Both the position numbers and the translations under genes were made by a program. From Scyliorhinus canicula (Eukaryota): a stretch of 64,000 nucleotides of DNA. The stretch's first letter is position 1, and each line of letters starts with the position of its first letter. Location: positions 68,902,096 to 68,966,095 of the forward strand of contig NC_052154.1 in NCBI RefSeq assembly GCF_902713615.1, given 5' to 3'. Shown one piece after another: positions 12,670 through 25,689 of this stretch. Under the pieces are notes generated by a model, which was not told the origin of the DNA, did not search any database, and was given only the letters and a program-made list of their open reading frames with translations.

Positions 12670-13102
12670 AAATAGCAGCACTTTTGTCTTGCCCTTTAAC
12701 CAACCTCTAGGACGTTGATACTATAAACAGAACCCTGAAAGTGGTGTACTATTTTTGCAATGTTTACCTATGATTAAAAGTAGAGGTCTGAATCACACAT
12801 GAATGCTTGGCTTAAATGACCAGGAAAAGAAAGTTTGCAAAGTTCCACTTTTACAAAATCTGTTGCGATTAATCTTACACAATCCTGCATTAAGATTCAT
12901 TGAACAAATCACTGATTTTTGTGAAAAGGGAAAATGTTAAAAACTTCCCATTTGCTTTTTTGATAGTTCTGAGAAGGGAGGAGACTGGCTAGAATATGCC
13001 AGATGTTTGACTTTCTCAGAAAAGCTGTGGCATTCTAAGCCTTTGGACCACATTCCACAAGGGCTGAGTACACAGTGCCAAGATGGTAAATGAAGAACTT
13101 AC

Positions 13103-13268
13103 CGTAACATCTCTGCTTCGATGTCATCAACCCCAGCCAGACAGAACCAGTCCTTGTTCTCACTGGGGCTGTAAATCTTGACGTGTTCATTGTGGAGCGG
13201 CCGGATTTTTAACGTCTGCAGATGTTTAAACCAGTTAGTGATGTCAACACTGTAATAGTCGTGGTTGC
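13103..13268 (-). CDS. TMPPE: TMPPE coding exon 3
   Basis: cctAG|GC AAC CAC GAC encodes [56 protein letters not shown] (GNH motif). 166 nt, donor CG|GTAAG. Absent from the ORF track. Confidence 0.92.
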
Positions 13269-15869
13269 CTAGGAGTCATTCAGAAAGATGGCATGCACAT
13301 TACTATTGCTTGTTTAGCTACATTTCCAACAACTGCCGCGATTAATGAGGTCAGAATGCTAGAGAGAAAAAGGAGAAAATGTCCGTCCATATTGCAAAAT
13401 CTGAATGAATAACAGCAAAAGCTGGAAATTCCTAGTACCTGGCTGAAACTAAACACAGAAATCCTTGCAGCATTAGCGTCATCTAAACCTGAGGATCCCT
13501 AACCTGTTTTGATACATGTTGGTAATAAAATACATTTTTTAAAAAAAATAATCTTGAGGATCCCTGTCGAACTGGATGCACACTAAAGGTGGAAATGTTT
13601 CTTATTCATTCATAGGATGAGAACAGCACTGGCAAGGCGAGCATTTGTTGCCCATATTCAATTGTCTTCTTGAACCGCTGCTGTCCATTTGGGTGTAGGT
13701 ATACCTACAGTGCTGTTAGAAAAAGAGTTCCGAGTTTTTGACACAGTAAAAGTGAAGGAACGGTGATACATTTCCAAGTCAGGATGTTACATGACAGAAG
13801 AACTTGCCGGTGGTGATGTTGCCATGTATGATAGTCAGTGAGGAGTTCTGAAAAGGTAAGTCACAGAAATATATTTCTTACTCAGTGGGGAAGAGAACAC
13901 CTAGTCCTGGCTGGGACCATCCAAAGATGCCGATTCCTTTCTGGACCGGCTTTTATCTCAGGGAATTAACAAACTCCATTGTTGGGCCTCTGCCCCTCAG
14001 CGGGGATGCTCGTATTTCACACACCCCACAGGAAGATCAATCAAGTCGTCCACTGGGTCTCATGGGGGTTACAACATCTCTCCCGCAAAGTTCGCAAGTG
14101 CCCCTGATGTAGAGGCTTCCTTCTCCACTTTGCCTGCAGGTGCACCCCCGGGTCGGGGGTATGCAATATATTGGGGAACATCGATTTTATGCCAATTGTC
14201 CGGGGGGAGGGGGGCACACGCAGCAGCAACTGTTGCCTGGCAGAGCCATTGTCCCAAACCACGGCTGTTTGAGTCTCCACGCCAGACCCTTAGTCCTCCA
14301 CCTCATGCATCTCTGTATCAAGGCCCCCCGGGGGGTGTTGCCCCCAGGTCCTTTCTGACGGGCAGGCTGGGCGAAAGGACGGCTCATCAGATGGGGCCGG
14401 TCCTGAACCTGGCTCCCTGCTCCGGTGTGGTCCACCTGCTTTGGCACTGTTCGCTCCACTGTTTTCACCGTGTACGATACCGGTCCAGTTCATTTCACCA
14501 CAGTCCCTGGTATCCACTGGGCACTGTGTCCAAAGTTCTGGACATAAACCATGTCCCCAGGTCAAAAACCTCGGTCCTGCGTCCGTCTGCTTCGGTACTG
14601 CCTGTACAGATCCTGTCTCCATTTCCTGCCAATATCAGGGAACATCAAGCTAAGGCTGGTTCTCAGTCTCCAGCCCATCAGCAGTTTCGCCGGTGCCACC
14701 CCGGTTGTAATGTGTGACGCAGTATGGTAGTTGAACAAGAAAATGCATCAATCTCGTCTCCCTGGACCCCCTGGCCTATTTCCTCATGACCCTGTTGAAC
14801 GTCTATACCGCTCGTTCTGCCAGATCACTTGAGGATGATTGGTATGGGGCGGCTGGATGTACTTCACCCCAATTGACATCATGAAATGCCCGAATTCCTT
14901 GCTATTGTCCGTGAGCAATACATCCAGGATGCCATGAGTTGAACGAGATGAAGCTCCTTGATGGTAGTCTTCAAACCGGTGGGCAACATTCGATGGATGT
15001 CTAACCATTTGGAATGGTCTTCCACTATCAGCAAGAACATCAAGCCTTGAAAGGGTCACTTTAAACTAGGGGCCAGGTCTGGAGGGATGTTGACCGGGCG
15101 GGAATCATGGGTTCAAGCCAAGAAGGATAGAGGTGGGTTTTTGGGAATGGGACGGGTGGGGACGTTAAGGAAATGAAGGATTCATCCTGGGGGGGGGGGG
15201 GATTCACGAGGATAGAGGAGCTGAGACAGAAGTATGGGTTGGCGCAGGGGCAAGGGTTTAGTTACATGCAGGTTCAGGTCTTTGCAAGAAAGGTTTTCCC
15301 GACCAACCCGATATAGCTGGCCTCCCAGTTGCTGGAGGCGGTGCTGTCCGCAGGGGGAGTTGGAGAGAGGGACCGTTTCGGCAATCTGCAGGAGGATCCT
15401 GGAGGAGGATATGGAGGGGTTTAAGGCGAAGTGGGAGGAGCTGGGGGGGCACGGGAAGAGGGACTGTGGTGTGAGGTGCTACGGAGGGTGGATGCCTCAA
15501 CTTTGTGTGCGAGGTGGGGGCTGAAAGAGCTGAAGGTAGTGTACAGGGTGCACCTCACAAAATCAAGGATGAGCCAGCTGTTCAAGGGGAAGCATAAAAA
15601 CATAATAAGAACTAGGAGCAGGAGTAAGCCATCTGGCCCCTTGAGCCTGCTCCGCCATTCAATGAGATCATGGCTGATATTTTGTGGACTCAGCTCCACT
15701 TTCCAGCCCGAACACCATAACCCTTAATCCCTTTATTTTTCAAAAAAACTATCTATCTTTACCTTAAAAACATTTAATGAAGGAGCCTCAACTGCTTCAC
15801 TGGGCAAGGAATTCCATAGATTCACAACCCTTTGGGTGAAGAAGTTCCTCCCAAGCTCAGTCCTAAATT

Positions 15870-16200
15870 GGGCAGCACGGTAGCATTGTGGATGGCACAA
15901 TCGCTTCACAGCTCCAGGGTCCCAGGTTCGATTCCGGCTTGGGTCACTGTCTGTGCGGAGTCTGCACATCCTCCCCGTGTGTGCGTGGGTTTCCTCCGGG
16001 TGCTCCGGTTTCCTCCCACAGTCCAAAGATGTGCAGGTTAGGTGGATTGGCCATGATAAATTGCCCTTAGTGTTGGGTGAGGTTGCTGGGTTATGGGGAT
16101 GGGGTGGAGGTGTTGACCTTGGGTAGGGTGCTCTTTACAAGAGCTGGTGCCAACTCGATGGGCCGAATGGCCTCCTTCTGCACTGTAAAATCTATGAAAT
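15870..16200 (+). mobile_element. Full-length HE1-like V-SINE with CR1-derived tail
   Basis: tRNA head, GGGTTTCCTCCGGGTGCTCCGGTTTCCTCCCACA core, tail gggccgaatggcctccttctgcactgtaaaatctatga. Confidence 0.87.
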
Positions 16201-18920
16201 CTAAATCTACTTCCCCTTATTTTGAGGCTGTGCCCCCTAGTTCTGCTTTCACCCACCAGTCGAAACAACCTGCCCGCATCTATCCTATCTATTTCCTTCA
16301 TAATTTTATATGTTTCTATAATTCCAACGAGTACAATCCCAGTCTTCTCAACCTCTCCTCGTAATCCAACCCCTTCAGCTCTGGGATTAACCTAGTGAAT
16401 CTCCTCTACACACCCGTCCTTTCTCAGGTAAGGAGACCAAAACTGAACACAATACTCCAGGTGTGGCCTCACTAACACCTTATACAATTGCAGCATAACC
16501 AACCGAGTCTTCAACTCTATCTCTCTAGCAATGAAGGACAAAACTCCATTTGCCTTCTTAATCACTTGTTGCACCTGTAAACTAACATTTTGGGACTCAT
16601 GCACTAGCACACCCAGGTCTCTCTGCACAGCAGCACGTTTTAATATTTTGCCATTTAAATAATAATCCCTTTTGTTGTTATTCCTACCAAAATGGATAAC
16701 CTCACATTTGTCAACATTGTATTCCATCTGCCAGACCCTAGCGCATTCACGTAACCTATCCAAATCCCTCTGCAGACTTCCGGTATCCTCTGCACTTTTT
16801 GCTTTACCACTCATCTTAGTGTCGTCTGCAAACTTGGACATATTGCACTTGGTCCCCAACTCCAAATCATCTGTGTAAATTGTGAACAATTGGGGGCCCA
16901 ACACTGATCCCTGAGGGACACTACTAGCTACTGATTGCCAACCAGAGTCACACCCATTAATCCCCACTAATTAATTTGCTTTCTATTAATTAACCAATCC
17001 TCTATCCATGCTACTTTACCCTTAATGCCATGCATCTTTATCTTATGCAGCAACCTTTTGTGTGGAACCTTGTCAAAAGCTTTCTGGAAATCCAGATATA
17101 CCACATCCATTGGCTCCCCCTTATCTACCGCGCTAGTAATGTCCTCAAAAAATTCCAATAAATTAGTTAGGCACAACCTGCCCTTTATGAACCCATGCTG
17201 CATCTGCCCAATGGGACAATTTCCATCCAGATGCCTCACTATTTTTTCCGTGATGATAGATTCCAGCATCTTCCCTACTACCAAAGTTAAGCTAACTGGC
17301 CTATAATTACCCGCTTTCTGTCTACCTCCTTTTTTAAACAGTGGTGTCACGTTTGCTAATTTCCAATCCGCCGGGACCACCCCAGATTCTAATGAATTTT
17401 GGTAAATTATCACGAGTGCATTTGCAATTTCCCCAGCCATCTCTTTTAGCACTCTGGGATGCATTCCATCAGGGCCAGGAGACTTGTCTACCTTTAGCCC
17501 CATAAGCTTACCCACCTTTAGCCCCATAAACTTGCCCATCACTACCTCCTTAGTGATAACAATCATCTCAAGGTCCTACCTGTCGTAGCCTCATTTCCAC
17601 CAATCACTGGCATGTTATTTGTGCCTTCCACTGTGAAGACCGACCCAAATAACCTTTTCAGTTCCTCAGCCATTTCCTCATCTCCCATTATTAAATCTCC
17701 CTTCTCATCCTCTAAAGGACCAATATTTACCTTAGCCACTCTTTTTTATTTTCTATATTTCTGGAAACTTTTAGTATCTGTTTTTATATTCTGAGCAAGT
17801 TTACTCTCATAATCTATCTTACTCTTCTTTATAGCTTTTTTAGTAGCTTTCTGTTGTCCCCTGAAGATTTCCCAGTCCTCTAGTCTCCCACTAACCGTTG
17901 CCACTTTGTATGCTTTTTCCTTCAATTTGATACTCTCCCTTATTTCCTTCGATATCCACGGTCGATTTTCCCTCTTTCTACCATCCTTCCTTTTTGTTGG
18001 TATAAACCTTTGCTGAGCACTGAAAAATCGTTTGGAAGGTTCTCCACTGTTCCTCAACTGTTTCACCATAAAGTATTTGCTCCCAGTCTGCCTTAGTTAG
18101 CTCTTCTCTCATCCCATTATAATCTCCTTCGTTTAAGCACAAAACACTAGAATTTGATTTCACCTTCTCACCCTCCATCTGTATTTTAAATTCCACCACA
18201 TTGTGCTCGCTCCTTCCGAGAGGATCCCTAACTATGAGATCATTAATCAATCCAGTCTCATCACATAGGACCAGATCAAGGACCGCCTGTTCCCTCGTAG
18301 GTTCCATTACATACTGTTCTAGGAAACTATCGCGGACACATTCTATAAACTCCTCAAGGCTGCCTTGACCAACCTGGTTAAACCAATCGAAGTGTAGGTT
18401 AAAATCCCCACAATAACTGCTGTACCATTTCTACATGCATCCGTTATTTCTTTGTGTATTGCCTGCCCCATCATAATGTTACTATTTGGTGGCCTATAGA
18501 CTACTCCTATCAGTAACTTTTTCGCCTTGCTATTCCTGATTTCCACCCAAATGGATTCAACCTTATCCTCCATAGCACCGATGTCATCCCTTACTATTGC
18601 CCGGATGTCGTCCTTAAATAACAGAGCTACACCACCTCCCTTACCATCCACTCTGTCCTTCTGTATAGTTTGATACCCTTGGATATTTAACTCCCAGTTG
18701 TGACCGTCCTTTAACTATGTTTCAGTAATGGCCACTAAATCATAGTCATTCATGATGATTTGCACCATCAACTCATTTACCTTATTCTGAATACTACAAG
18801 CATTCAGGTAAAGTATACTTATGTTGGCTTTTATACCTCTGTTTTGAATCTTAACACCTTGACCAGTAACCTCTCCTAAGTTATTTTTCCTCTTAACTTT
18901 TCTCCTAATTTTCCTTGTCG

Positions 18921-19166
18921 GGGCAGCACGGTGGCCTAGTGGTTAGCACAACCGCCTCACGGCGCTGAGGTCCCAGGTTCGATCCCGGCTCTGGGTCACT
19001 GTCCGTGTGGAGTTTGCACATTCTCCCCGTGTCTGCGTGGGTTTCGCCCCCACAACCCAAAAATGTGCAGAGTAGGTGGTTTGGCCACGCTAAATTGCCC
19101 CTTAATTGGAAAAAATAATTGGCTAATCTAAATTTATAAAAAAAAAAGTTTAAAAAAAAAAAAAAA
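18921..19166 (+). mobile_element. Short poly(A)-tailed HE1-like SINE inside the CR1
   Basis: Long poly(A) and perfect 14-bp TSD AATTTTCCTTGTCG at 18907-18920 and 19167-19180. Confidence 0.9.
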
Positions 19167-20295
19167 AATTTTCCTTGTCGTTGAACCCATATCTTCATGT
19201 AACAACCTGCCGCGTCACTTTCCATTGATGTTTTTACTTCCCGTTTTATTCTTTTTAGTATTACTGGGCCTATTCACTGAACTCCCCTCAGTGACTGTAC
19301 CTTGTACTGTCGCCCTTTTTCATTTTTGACTATGGCTTCTCTGCCTTACACTTTCCCCCTTACTGCCTTTTTTTCTGTCCCTGTTTTACTACCTTCCGAC
19401 TTCCTGCATCGGTTCCCATCCCCCTGCCACATTAGTTTAAACCCTCCACAACAGTTCTAGCAAATAGCCCCCCTAGGACATCAGTTCCAGTCCTGCCCAG
19501 GTGTAACCCATCCAGTTTGTACAGGAACACCTCCCCCAGAAGCAGTCCCAATGCCCCAGGAATCTGAAACCCTTCCCCTGACACTATCCCTTCAGCCACG
19601 TATTCATCCTATATATCCATGTCTATGAGCGGTGTGGGAGGGACCCTGCAAACCATGTTCATATGTTTTGGTCCTGCCCGAAGCTGGATAGATTTTGGAG
19701 GGCGCTGTTCAGTACAATATTGGGGGTTTTGCATGTGGATGTGGAGCCCGGTCCCCTAGAAGCCATATTCGGGGTATTGGAATGGCCTGAGTTGCAGGCG
19801 GGGGCAGATGTCTTTGTCTTCGCCTCACTGATCGCTCGTAGGCGGGTCTTGTTGGGGTGGAGGTCAGCTTCTCCACCCTGTGCCTCAGTGTGGCGGGAGG
19901 ATCTGCTGGTGTTTTTGACCCCGGGAAGGTGAAGATCGAACTGAGGGAGGTTCTACACAACTGTTGGGGTTTGTTCATCATACACTTTCAGGATTTGGTT
20001 ACCGTTGATTATTAATGGGGGGGGGGGGGGGGGGGATTGGGGTCTTCTCGTTGTTTGGGTGGGATTGTTTTTGTTTTGCTGGGGCTGTTTTGCCTTTTGT
20101 ATGGCGAAAGTGGCGAAAATTTGTCGAATAAAAATACTTTTTTAAAAAACACTAACAGATCCAGTGAAGTCCAGGGTCGGCCCGGCCATCCCCATGGGTG
20201 GAGGGGCGCGACTGGTGGGAGCTTCTGATGTTTCTGACATGTGGTGCATTGCTGGGCCAACCGCTCGATGTCGCCATCAATACTTGGCCATCATA

Positions 20296-20510
20296 GGGCG
20301 GCATGTGACGCATTGGTTAGCACTGGGACTGCGGCGCTAAGGACCCGGGTTGGAATCCCGGCCCTAGGTCACTGTCCGTGTGGCGTTTATGCGTTGTCCC
20401 CATGTCGGTGTGGGTTTCACCCCCACAACCCAAAGATGTGCAGGTTAGGTGGATTGGCCACACTAAATTGCCCCTTAATTGGAAAAATAATAATTGGGTA
20501 CTCTAAATTT
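20296..20510 (+). mobile_element. Short HE1-like SINE within the old Gypsy
   Basis: Family-diagnostic ccccacaacccaaagatgtgc...aattggaaaa...gggtactctaaattt. Confidence 0.8.
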
Positions 20511-22292
20511 ACCCCAGAACTGCTGGACTCCCTTCTCTACACTCTCCTGTAAGAGGGAGATCTCAATGGCCCTTTTTAGGTCCAAAGACAGTTCAGCCAG
20601 CAAATTTTGCTGGGTCATCATTTTGGTAACTCTGCACACAAGGTGATCCTGTAGCATCTCTAGTAGAGATGGTCCATAATCGCAGTGCCTAGCCAGTTTT
20701 CATAAGTGTGCTAAAAACTCAGTAACAGGCTAGGTTCTCTCGGCCGTACTGAACTGGTACCTTTGAGCAATGGCCGATAGTTTGGGGTCATAGTGGTTCC
20801 CCATGGGCACCACCAATTCGTCAAACGTCTTGGAGTCTGGGGCCGCATTGGTGAAGAGCGCATCTAGTCCCAGCCGGGACCATTTGAAGATGCCAGCTCA
20901 CTTCTAGGCCAGCTTTTATCTCGGGGAAATAATGAGCCCCACGGTTGGGCCTCTGCCCCTCAGCGGGGGAGCTCGTATTCCATGAGGCCCACGTGGAGAT
21001 CAATCGGGTCATCCCCATGGATCTCGTGGGGGTTACAACTCTATGCATCTGTTGTCCCTATCCTTCTAGGTTTGGGGGGGGGGGGGGGGTGGGGGGGGGG
21101 GGGGCTCGTCGTCAGTTTGGAAGGCATTGTCGTCGGAGCCTTGTTGAGTTGCTTCAGTGCATCTTGTAGATAGTAAGCACTGCTGCCACAAGTGGGGTGC
21201 AAATATTTAAGGTAATGGATGGGGTGCTGATGAAGTGGGCTGCTTTGTCTTGGATAGTGTTGAGCTTTTCAGTGATATTGGACTGTAATTCATCACAGCA
21301 AGTGGAGGGTATTCCATCACACTCTTGACTTGAGCCTTGTAGACAGTGGACAGTTGGGGAGTCAGGAAGCAAATTACTGGTCATAGGATTCTCAATCTTT
21401 GTCCTGCTTGTGTCCACAGTACTTGTGTATGGCTGGTCCAGTCCGGGACCAGATTCTGATCAAGGTTAGCCTCCAAGATGTTGATGATAGGGGATTCAGT
21501 GATAGGAATACCATTAAACATCATGGGGAGATAGATGATCATTGTGTTCAAGACTGAGGAATACTGATTCATCAGCTGAGGGAGTGCATTAGGGGGCAAT
21601 TAATCAACAAGGGGTTTTGTTGCCCTTGTTTGGCCTAATGCCACGAGATTTGTTCAGGGGTCCATGGGTCATTCCTTCCCAACTGTATACCTCTTTACTG
21701 CCACCTCTGCTGGGTCTGACCTGAAGATGGGACAGGCTATACATACAGATGGATGGTCATCAAGAGATCTGGGACATTGGATTTAAGGTATGATTTGGTG
21801 AGAATGGCTATGCAGGCTGTTGCTTGACTAGTCGGTGAGCAGCTCTCCCAAATTTGGCACATGTCCCCAGATGTTAGTGAGGAGGACTTTACACGGTCGA
21901 CTGAGCATGGGTGGTTGGTCAATTATATTCTTTTTCAACTTTTCTGCAGAACGGTTTGGTATTTTGTCTGTATCTGTATTTGCCATGCACATCTTGTTTT
22001 AACACATATTCAACACACTTGTATAAAAAAATATGCTTTACAAATTACTCACCGTGTTTGGCGAGTGATAATTTTTCTAGTTAAAGTAGTTTGTTTTGTT
22101 TCACCCTTAGACTCAGGGAAAATTCTGCCTTCCCAGACTAACTGGTTTTGCAAATTTTCATCTTGCATACTGTTCCATTGAAAATTATAATCCAAATGCT
22201 TATTTCCTCCAATTCCCAATGATTCATTTTTATCAAGTACACATATGCATGGTTACAATAGTTATCACTTGTTAAATAATGGGAAGTTTTAC

Positions 22293-22403
22293 CTGTAACA
22301 AAGTATGTCCCTAATTTTGGTGTCAGCAGTCGCAGTGGCTCCGTGGCTTTTCGGAGGTTGACTACCTGAGAGTCTGTGAGGTCACCAACAATCACAATGA
22401 TAT
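22293..22403 (-). CDS. TMPPE: TMPPE coding exon 2
   Basis: ttttcAG|AT ATC ATT GTG... encodes DIIVIVGDLTDSQVVNLRKATEPLRLLTPKLGTYFVTG (GDxxD motif). 111 nt, phase 1/1, donor G|GTAAAA. Confidence 0.92.
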
Positions 22404-22909
22404 CTGAAAATCACGCAGTTATTTAGATTACCGTTGCTTTTTCCAAAATGTAAAATCAATCTCAATTATAGCTAATTACAAAAAGTTGTCAGCGAAATGA
22501 CAACACTGTCATTATTTTTTTGTTTTACTTTACTTCCCAGCAATAAATCCAACAATAAAACTGACTAGTCAGCCCAGCCAGTTCATGACAACAACTACCT
22601 ATTCACCTTGAGGAACTGGCCCGAATCACAGTTGCCCACCTTGTCCCATATCCTTTCACTCGCTGATCCAATCTAATGCTCAATGTCGACACAGCTTCTG
22701 TCTCAACCACTAGCACTAGAAGTGAATTCCAGATCCTCACAACTCACTGTGCAAAGAAATTTATCCTTAATTTTTATCTGAATCAGAGTGGAACTGTGTC
22801 ACACCAGCCAGGGTAGTCTCGTATTGACCCCAGATGCATCCAAGTTGATCTCAACTTGGGTCAGAAAAGAGGCAGCACAATTGGCAGCAGGGTACCGGAA
22901 CAACGGAGG

Positions 22910-23670
22910 AAGGCAAAAAGCAAAATCAAGATAAGTAACATTTGCACCACACAAGTGCCAGGCATTGACCATCTCCCATAAGAAAGAATCGAACCATCAC
23001 CCCATGACATTCAATAGCATTGCCATCACTGAATCCCCCACTATCAACATCCTGGGGGTTACCATTGACCAGAAACTGAACTGGACCATCCATATAAATA
23101 CTGTGGCTACCAGAGCAGGTCGGACGCCAGGAATCCTATGATGAGAAACTCAAATGACACCGCAAAGCCTGTCCACCACCTGCAAGGCATACGTGCGATG
23201 GAATAATTGCCTGGATGAGTGCAGCTCCAACCCCACTCAAGAAGCTTAACACCATCCAAGACAAGGCAACCTGCTTGATTGGCCCCCCTTCCACAATTAT
23301 CCACTCCCTCCATCCCCGATGCACAGTATCAGCAGTGTGTACCATCTACAAGATACACTGCAGGAACTCACCAAGGCTCCTTCGGCAGCACCTTCCAACC
23401 CACGACTGCCACCATCTATAGAAGGACAAGGCCAGCAGATACATAAGAACAGCACCACCTGGAAGTTCCCTCCAAGTCATTCACCATAATTCATTGTCTT
23501 TCCTTCACTGTCACTGTCAAAATCCTGGAACTCCCTCCCTAATAGCACAGTGAGTGCACCTATACCACATGGACTGCAGCAGTTCAAGAAGGCAGCTCAT
23601 CACCACCTTCAAGAGCAATTAGGGATGGGCAGAAAAATGTTGGCCGAGACAACAAAGCCCACATCTCGTA
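22910..23670 (+). mobile_element. Old LINE 3' fragment (CR1/L2 group)
   Basis: Decayed ORF2 C-terminus (MSAAPTPLKKLNTIQDKA..., CTIYKIHC) and tail gcaattagggatgggca. Homologous to the minus-strand copy at 21041-21880. Confidence 0.7.
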
Positions 23671-23864
23671 GGCGAGGACAGAATTAATTTGGTTTCTGAT
23701 ATGCCTGCACACAAGGACATTCCTGCCACTTCCTCTGCAGTGACACCCCTCCGATAAGCCCTGAAAATGGCCTACTCCCCAGCTTGGGTTACATGCCTAA
23801 ACTACAACTCAACTCGTATCCCTCAGCCAGGTGGACTGTAAGTGTTGGTCAAGACATAGAACAG

Positions 23865-25495
23865 TGGCGGCGGCGGCGCTGCCGGGAGCTGAAGTGAAGT
23901 CCGCCCGGCTGCACCCTCGGAGCCGGAAGCCCGATGTTTCAGAGCCGCCCTGTGCTGCTTTCTTTCTTGTTTTCTCCTCCTCCCCGCGGATGTCGAGCGA
24001 TCGATAGATAAATAAATAAATAAATATAAAGTTCCACCCTTAACCCCACTGGGGGGGGGGGGGGGGGGGGGGGGGGTGGATCACGTGATTGTGTCGGCAG
24101 ATGGCGGCGGCGGCCATGGACGAGGAGTTCGAGGATGCCATTGACATGGAGCCCCTGGAGCCCACCCTGACCAACATCATCGAACAGAGGTCCCACAAGT
24201 GGATCTTTATGGGTGGGAAAGGTGGGGTGAGTAAAACCACCTGCAGCTGCAGCTTGGCTGTGCAGTTAGCGGAGGTTCACGAGAGCGTGTTGATCATTTC
24301 CACAGATCCTGCCCATAACATCTCAGATGCGTTCGATCAGAAATTCTCCAAAGTACCAACAAAAGTGAAAGGCTACGACAATCTGTTTGCTATGGAAATT
24401 GATCCGAGTTTGGGAGTCTCCGAGTTACCCGATGAATTTTTTGAGGAAGACAATATGTTGAGCATGGGTAAGAAGATGATGCAAGAGGCGATGAGTGCGT
24501 TCCCAGGCATCGATGAAGCTATGAGCTACGCTGAGGTCATGAAGCTGGTGAAAGGCATGAATTTCTCGGTGGTGGTGTTTGACACGGCACCAACCGGGCA
24601 CACACTACGACTCCTGAACTTTTCAACTATAGTTGAGAGGGGACTTGGGAGACTAATGCAGATTAAGAACCAAATCAGCCCTTTTATCTCCCAGATGTGT
24701 AGTATGTTTGGACTCAGAGACATGAATGCAGATCAACTTGCGTCGAAGCTAGAGGAGGCCTTGCCCGTCATTCGTTCAATCAGCGAGCAGTTTAAAGACC
24801 CGGAGCAGACCACATTCATCTGTGTATGCATTGCAGAGTTTCTGTCCTTGTACGAGACAGAACGACTAATTCAAGAGTTGGCCAAGTGTAAAATCGACAG
24901 CCACAACATCATTGTAAACCAACTGGTGTTTCAAGATCCTGGGGAGAAACCATGTAGGATGTGCGAAGCCCGACACAAAATCCAATCAAAATATCTAGAC
25001 CAGATGGAGGATCTGTATGAAGATTTTCACATAGTGAAGCTCCCACTGTTACCTCACAAAGTCAGGGGCACCGACAAAGTCAACACCTTCTCCAAGCTCC
25101 TGCTTGAGCCTTACAAGCCACCCAGTAAATGAACAGACTTCCCTCATTCCGTTTTGAGACTGGCACAGAGAAATGTGACACTTGTAATTTATTAACACTA
25201 CGTTTATAGGAAGGAGCATGGGAAGTGCAATACGTGGATGTTATTTATTGTTCTGGCCAGATTTTTTTTTGGTTATTAGTAATTTCAAGGAGGTGATTTT
25301 GCATTGCCTAAATGTGATCTCGGAACAGGTTGTGTCAAAATCCGGGGTTGTAGAGTGAGGCATTGGAGATTTGAAGCTTTATTCTGTGATTGATGACTTT
25401 AAAGGACCACCAACCCCTTTCCACTGTTGCTGTACTGGAGGATATGACCTCAGTGTTGTGAAACTAGCCCATTAAACAGTTTGACACAGAAAAAA
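23865..25495 (+). pseudogene. ASNA1: Processed retrocopy of ASNA1/GET3 (TRC40) ATPase; open ORF 24101-25132 (343 aa); antisense within a TMPPE intron
   Basis: Intronless ORF with GET3 motifs ([22 protein letters not shown], CxxC). GC-rich 5' UTR, ATTAAA at 25471-25476, short poly(A), and perfect 14-bp TSD AAGACATAGAACAG at 23851-23864 and 25496-25509. Confidence 0.93.
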
Positions 25496-25589
25496 AAGAC
25501 ATAGAACAGCAAACACCAGTGGCCATGATGAAGAAAGATGAAACATGGCACCCTATGTCCTATGAAGCATATATTTCAAGCATTTACCA

Positions 25590-25684
25590 AAAGAGAAAAT
25601 GCTGGAAAATTTCTGCAGGTCTGGCAGGATCTGTAGGGAGAGAAAAGAGCTAACGTTTCGAGTCCAGATTACCCTTTGTCAAAA
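25590..25684 (-). mobile_element. Penelope-like terminal-repeat fragment with degenerate hammerhead core
   Basis: Minus strand TTGACAAAGGGT...GGACTCGAAACGTTAGCTC...ACAGATCCTGCCAGACCTG. Related pieces at ~44718-44775 and ~48325-48445. Confidence 0.55.
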
Positions 25685-25689
25685 GAGTC

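Larger units (their letters stand above)
15592..19620 (-). mobile_element. CR1 LINE (end of SGNH-esterase ORF1, endonuclease, RT), decayed
   Basis: Minus strand gives ...LYKLDGLHLG...EGLN* (ORF1 end), GGGVAL/GVVYRPPN (EN), KSPGPDG, YLDFQKAFDKVPH, PQGSVLGP, KFADD (RT) and a CR1-type 3' tail at ~15592-15730. Confidence 0.9.
15061..20147 (+). mobile_element. 5'-truncated L1/Tx1 3' fragment (15061-15591 plus 19621-20147) split by a CR1
   Basis: ORF2 C-terminal remnants (ELKVVYRVHLT; HMFWSCPKL...ASLIARRRVLLGW) homologous to 59269-60019, ending in an AATAAA/A-rich tail. Confidence 0.8.
13827..21040 (-). mobile_element. Old, internally deleted Gypsy LTR element hosting nested insertions
   Basis: Diverged LTR copies at ~13827-14076 and ~20861-21040 share ttgggcctctgcccctcagcgggg and gggggttacaac. 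Integrase remnants (PLHPWGWPGRPW; HLMSRPF..PARQKGPG region), gag remnant at ~20520-20850, TSD ccatg/ctatg. Confidence 0.7.
13603..21880 (-). mobile_element. Old LINE fragment (CR1/L2 group) in two parts (13603-13826 and 21041-~21880), split by a nested Gypsy
   Basis: Both parts are reverse-complement homologs of the plus-strand fragment at ~22910-23670 and join across the insert. Confidence 0.65.

Noticed and set aside
24050-24076. Long poly-G/poly-C tracts here and elsewhere (e.g. ~3650, ~33410, ~38280, ~54660)
   Set aside because: Simple homopolymers, mostly inside repeats, with unreliable lengths. The poly-Gly and poly-Pro ORFs they create are artefacts.
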